Below, piece by piece: positions 60,351 through 64,000 of a stretch of 64,000 nt of DNA. The first letter of the stretch is position 1. The number at the start of each line of letters is the position of its first letter. The stretch is from the IMG/VR virus record IMGVR_UViG_3300043409_002246, positions 1-64,000 of that record, one strand, 5' to 3'. The position numbers were made by a program, and so were the translations under genes. The stretch comes from a virus. Under the pieces are notes generated by a model, which saw nothing but the letters and a program-made list of their open reading frames with translations, was not told the origin of the DNA and made no database searches.

Positions 60351-61049
60351 TCAGAGCAAATCGTGTTTCTGTGCCGCGAGCGCGCCGCGAAGTTTCCGCA
60401 GCGCCCGCATCCGCAGGTTGCCGACGGCCTGCCGCTTCACTTTCATCGCCTTCGCCGTCTCGGTCTGCGTTTTGCCGTCCAGTTCATGCCGGATGATCCG
60501 GCGTTCTGCCGTCGTCAGCATCCGCGCGGCGTGTAAAATGGACTCTCGTCTCACTGAGTTAAGTTGCCTGTTTTCATAGCCTTCGTCAACCTCTAATTTC
60601 ATGTCCGCGTAATCCCGGTTCCACGTCGAACCGGTCAGGTGGGCGCGGCCCGTAACGACTGCGCCTTCCCCGTATTCGTCGTGATACGAAAATGCACTTT
60701 TTCCGAGGCGCTGGCCCTTCTTCAACGACTCGAAGACCTGCCCCCGGATGAACTTCCGCAGATACCCCGAGAAGCGCGGCCCGCGCGCCGGGTTGAAGCG
60801 CCGCGTCTTCAATGCCTGCATCAGTCCGAAGTTGCCGGCGCTGATGGCGTCGTCTTCGTCCAAGGCTCCCTTCGCGCAGGCGATGGCCGTCTTGGCGGTG
60901 AACTTCAGGTAGTGCCGTATGATCCGATTGCGCGCCCGCAGCGAGTTGCTGGTGCGGGAGTGGTAAACTTTGAACAGCGCCGCCTCGTCGTCACGGGAAA
61001 GCGGAGTGAAGGAGAGGTCGGTGGCTTCGGAGTAGTATGGCATAAACAT
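60351..61049 (-). CDS. Sigma-70 family RNA polymerase sigma factor
   Basis: Region 2 DDAISAGNFGLMQA...FNP.RG.RFSGY...IRG; region 4 TQTETAKAMKVKRQAV...RALRKLR. Confidence 0.85.
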   Translation of the reverse strand: MFMPYYSEATDLSFTPLSRDDEAALFKVYHSRTSNSLRARNRIIRHYLKFTAKTAIACAKGALDEDDAISAGNFGLMQALKTRRFNPARGPRFSGYLRKFIRGQVFESLKKGQRLGKSAFSYHDEYGEGAVVTGRAHLTGSTWNRDYADMKLEVDEGYENRQLNSVRRESILHAARMLTTAERRIIRHELDGKTQTETAKAMKVKRQAVGNLRMRALRKLRGALAAQKHDLL

Positions 61050-61058
61050 TGATTCAGA

Positions 61059-63254
61059 TTACACGGAGTCGGTGGTGGTGTCAACAATTACTTTGTTCAA
61101 GTCCCGGTGAATTTTCCAGTAGCGGCCCCGTCCTCTGTTCGGCGCAATGCCGCGCTCAATGCCCGGCGTCCCCTTGTGCATCAGGGTCGCCATCGCGCGG
61201 CCTACGGCGTCGCCGGTCTTCGCCTGCATCGCGCCCCGGCGGTTCGGGTCCATCGCAATCGCGATTTGAAGCTCGGTCGCGGAACCATGCCAGAACTCCG
61301 CTGTCGGGTTGTCGCGGAACCACTCCGCGTGCCAGATGGTCATAACCTCACGGAAGCCGGCGGACGAACTCGATTGCTCCGCGATCTCGAACAGGCTTTC
61401 GTCGGCGAAAGGCTTGATGCCGAACCTGCCGCCGGAAAGAAGGTGCGCGGGGATTTCAGTGTCAAGCAGCCAGCGACAGTAGAACGGAAGCTCGCGCTCG
61501 ATGATCTCAGACAAGTTACCCGGGAACTCCCAGCACTTCTTTCCGACTGTCCGCAGGATGATCGTCTTGTCGAGGTTCGACAGGTCGAGGTCGGGCAGCA
61601 TCCGCGCGCTCTCTTCGTCGGCGTTCATCGTCACCACGGCGCGGCCCAGCCAGACGGCCTTGCCGGCGGAGCGAAACTTCTCGTTGAAGTAGAACTCCCG
61701 GCTGGCGGCGATCTGTTTCAGGGCGGCGGAGAATTTTCGGCGCCCGGCGATGTCGGTTATGGCGTTGCTATCGTCGAGGACCCACAGCCCGGCGTTGAAC
61801 AGTTCGGAGTTGAAGGACGTTTCGCCCATGAGCCACGGCGCCGCGTTGGCGGAGCCGCCGAAGACTTTGGCCATGACGGCAGTCACGAGAAAAGTTTTGC
61901 CAATCTCCACCGGCCCGGCGATGAACATTACCTGCCCGCTCTTCGGCGCCTGAATGAACGCGTTCTTGTAGGCCCACTTCATCCACGCTTGGAAAACGTC
62001 GCCTTGCTCCGGCGTGTAAATGTGCTCCAAGAAGAACGACAGCCACGGGAAATTTCCGTTCGGACCCCAAATCCCCGGGTCGGCGGAGGGCGCCATGACC
62101 CGCATCGTTGACGTGTTCAGCGTGCGCCGGCCTTCGATGATGTTGAACCCGGTGGGGAAGAAGATCGCGGGGACGGCCACGTCAACCCGGTTCGTGTTGC
62201 AGATGAAATCGAGCGTGCTGTTCAGGGATGAAATGGGCATGTCCTTGGAGGTCTTCGCCGAGACTCCCCGGTTGACGATCAGGTGCCGGGAGATTGTCCC
62301 CTCCGCTTCCGGTCGCCAAGCGCCATCGGTAAACCGACGGAAATAGTTTTTGCCGTCGTAGTATATGTCAGCCGCCGCCGCGCCGGCAGACTCCGCCTGA
62401 TGCTTCTTGACGAAGTCCATCCCGAGCAGGTCAGCCCACGAGAAAAAGGTCTTGTGCGCGTTCTCGGAAAAGGTCCGCAGACCGTTCTCGTAAACCGTCG
62501 CCGACATTGGCGACTTCGAGAGCGGGACCCAAAAGGTCGGGCCGTGAGCGCCCACCACGAACTCCCCCGGCCACTCTGCGAAGGTCGGATATTTTTCCGT
62601 CAGCGCCGGGATGACTGACTCAATCGGGATTGACGCGCCGAACTCGCGCTGTGAAAACTCGAACTTGGCCATCGCCGCCGCCAGCCAGCCCTCCGTTACG
62701 TTGGCCGGGATGAACTCCGATTTCAGTATCCGCCAGTCGCATCCGTTCGTCCAATAGCGTTCCGGGGCCTCCCACGCGGGTTGGTCGAAGCCGATGCCGC
62801 CGAGCGCCGGGTCGAAGCCGAACTCGGTGAACGTTTTCAAAAAGTGCGTCGCGAAGGAGAATGACGGCAGGCGGATGGCTTTCTCGAAGACCCACACAAA
62901 GCGCCAGTTGCCGGACAGGGTGCGCTCGATCCAGTTTGGCGGCGTGCTGAGTTGACTGGCTGATTCCAGCATGGCAGGCTCCTTCGTCGCGTGATCGAAG
63001 TCGGCCACGAGGCCGTGCAGGAACAGTGGCGGGTTGCCTTCGCCTTCGGCCTTCGGCTTGGTGATGCGGAGGTTTACGTTGACCCCCTCGAACATGGAAT
63101 AAACGTGGTGGTTCGTGCTCGGTCGGTTGATCCAAAGGTGTCGCTCCTTTTTGTCGAAGCGAACCTCTTCAGGAATGGGCGTGGCCGGCTTGAAATCCCA
63201 AGGCGCGATACCGGTTTTGATGGCGTGGTCGGAGAGTCGTTCGAGATAGATCAT
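61059..63254 (-). CDS. Primase-helicase (AEP-like N-domain plus SF3-type P-loop NTPase)
   Basis: ADFD and RTLSGN.R primase-like motifs; Walker A GPVEIGKT; WVLDD; EKF. Confidence 0.75.
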   Translation of the reverse strand: MIYLERLSDHAIKTGIAPWDFKPATPIPEEVRFDKKERHLWINRPSTNHHVYSMFEGVNVNLRITKPKAEGEGNPPLFLHGLVADFDHATKEPAMLESASQLSTPPNWIERTLSGNWRFVWVFEKAIRLPSFSFATHFLKTFTEFGFDPALGGIGFDQPAWEAPERYWTNGCDWRILKSEFIPANVTEGWLAAAMAKFEFSQREFGASIPIESVIPALTEKYPTFAEWPGEFVVGAHGPTFWVPLSKSPMSATVYENGLRTFSENAHKTFFSWADLLGMDFVKKHQAESAGAAAADIYYDGKNYFRRFTDGAWRPEAEGTISRHLIVNRGVSAKTSKDMPISSLNSTLDFICNTNRVDVAVPAIFFPTGFNIIEGRRTLNTSTMRVMAPSADPGIWGPNGNFPWLSFFLEHIYTPEQGDVFQAWMKWAYKNAFIQAPKSGQVMFIAGPVEIGKTFLVTAVMAKVFGGSANAAPWLMGETSFNSELFNAGLWVLDDSNAITDIAGRRKFSAALKQIAASREFYFNEKFRSAGKAVWLGRAVVTMNADEESARMLPDLDLSNLDKTIILRTVGKKCWEFPGNLSEIIERELPFYCRWLLDTEIPAHLLSGGRFGIKPFADESLFEIAEQSSSSAGFREVMTIWHAEWFRDNPTAEFWHGSATELQIAIAMDPNRRGAMQAKTGDAVGRAMATLMHKGTPGIERGIAPNRGRGRYWKIHRDLNKVIVDTTTDSV

Positions 63255-63271
63255 AGGGGGAGCTTGTTCAC
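63251..63271 (-). CDS. Leaderless 6-codon mini-ORF (MNKLPL) coupled to the primase start
   Basis: GTG 6 nt after the -10 box; its TGA overlaps the primase ATG (ATGA). Confidence 0.4.
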   Translation of the reverse strand: MNKLPL

Positions 63272-63277
63272 GTAGTC

Positions 63278-63306
63278 AAGATGCGTAGTTTAGACAGGTT
63301 TGTCAA
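63278..63306 (-). promoter_or_regulatory. Promoter TTGACA-N17-CATCTT
   Basis: Repeated motif. Confidence 0.75.
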
Positions 63307-63309
63307 CCA

Positions 63310-64000
63310 TCATTCTCCGTAGCACGTTCCTTCTTTCCCCTCGGCTTCCACCGGAAGATCATTCCACCAGTCCGGCGACTTGGCCATTACGTGCTCCACA
63401 TCAGCGACTTTCACGTCGAGGTCTGTTTCCACAATCGCTTCGTCGTGAACGTGAAAAATAACATCGCCAATTTGCTTCTCAAGTTCCAACAAATGCGTTC
63501 CGAACACGTCGCGGGAGATCGCCTGCGTGATATTTTCCGAGAGCTTTCCGCCGTAGGACTCCTCGCGGTCAAGGCCGATTCCGCAAACATAGACCGTGCG
63601 CTTCTCGAATTTTCCGGTCTTGCTGTTCTTCTTGCTCCGCGTTTCGCAGCGGATGTCCCGGAAGTTCAGCGAGCGCCCCGAGGGCAGGTCCATCGAGAAG
63701 TTGCCGCCCACGGAGCGCCGGAAGGCCGCGTCGAGGGTCGCCCAAAACTCGGGGATGCCGGGAGTTCCGGAGCGGAATTTGTCCACAAGTTCCCGGCTGG
63801 TTTCCTCCGTCAACGATATTCCGTAGCCGGCGGCAATCGAGATGAACTTCTCCCAGCCGCAGCCGTAGCCGAGGCCGAGCACTTGAATTTTGCTCAGTTT
63901 ATACATGTCCGGGTTCTCCTTCTTGAGAACTCCGCCAGTCCAGCCGGAAGACGTTCGCGCAAAAGCTTCGTAGATGTTCATCCCCGACTTAATCAGGTCG
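63310..64000 (-). CDS. DNA polymerase family A, C-terminal part (5' end outside the window)
   Basis: Motif B KIQVLGLGYG; YGGKLSENITQA..RD; motif C FHVHDE; frame open to the window edge. Confidence 0.9.
   Translation of the reverse strand, partial: DLIKSGMNIYEAFARTSSGWTGGVLKKENPDMYKLSKIQVLGLGYGCGWEKFISIAAGYGISLTEETSRELVDKFRSGTPGIPEFWATLDAAFRRSVGGNFSMDLPSGRSLNFRDIRCETRSKKNSKTGKFEKRTVYVCGIGLDREESYGGKLSENITQAISRDVFGTHLLELEKQIGDVIFHVHDEAIVETDLDVKVADVEHVMAKSPDWWNDLPVEAEGKEGTCYGE

Larger units (their letters stand above)
1..64000. mobile_element. Partial genome of a tailed dsDNA phage (podovirus-like gene order; encodes a tyrosine recombinase)
   Basis: TerL-portal-scaffold-MCP-fibres-adaptor/nozzle-ejection proteins in order, plus PolA, primase-helicase, RuvC and a sigma factor. 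No housekeeping genes, sheath or tape-measure module recognised. Confidence 0.95.

Noticed and set aside
1-64000. Alternative genetic code or stop-codon readthrough
   Set aside because: Genes are full length and tightly coupled under the standard code; TGA and TAA are common stops and TAG also ends an ORF (20231).

Overview
The window is one contiguous stretch of a tailed dsDNA bacteriophage genome with podovirus-type organisation. No host genes are visible, and both ends cut through genes (an RNA-ligase-family gene at left, a family-A DNA polymerase at right). Layout: (1) 1-9.3 kb, minus strand: about 25 small early genes, nine of them directly behind their own TTGACA-N16/17-(C/T)A(T/C)NNT promoter placed so the mRNA is leaderless. 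(2) 9.3-9.85 kb: a divergent, origin-like intergenic region. (3) 9.9-56.1 kb, plus strand: probable TerS, a glycosyltransferase/Stealth cluster surrounding TerL, then portal, scaffold, major capsid, lysis-like genes, collagen and Gly-rich fibres, tail adaptor and nozzle, ejection proteins and a ~3300-aa polyvalent protein. (4) 56.3-64 kb, minus strand: tyrosine recombinase, metallophosphoesterase, RuvC, sigma factor, primase-helicase and DNA polymerase. The main finding is the C-terminal ~2000 aa of the giant protein. It is divided into nine modules by a repeated linker [F/Y]-M-A-[E/D]-K (DNA t(t/a)cATGgcngaNaar). The modules include a radical SAM enzyme, an ADP-ribosyltransferase-like domain, two GNATs, two WIT-x-[D/E]-G paralogues and an HhH-glycosylase-like domain, and an HExxH zincin lies upstream. 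This suggests a virion-delivered, protease-processed effector polyprotein built from exchangeable cassettes. Other notable signals: a promoter-driven structured RNA, a structured capsid-gene leader, a 12-6-12 recombinase-type site, polarised 7-nt-period arrays and a leaderless mini-ORF coupled to the primase. All product calls come from recognising motifs by eye; no database searches were run.
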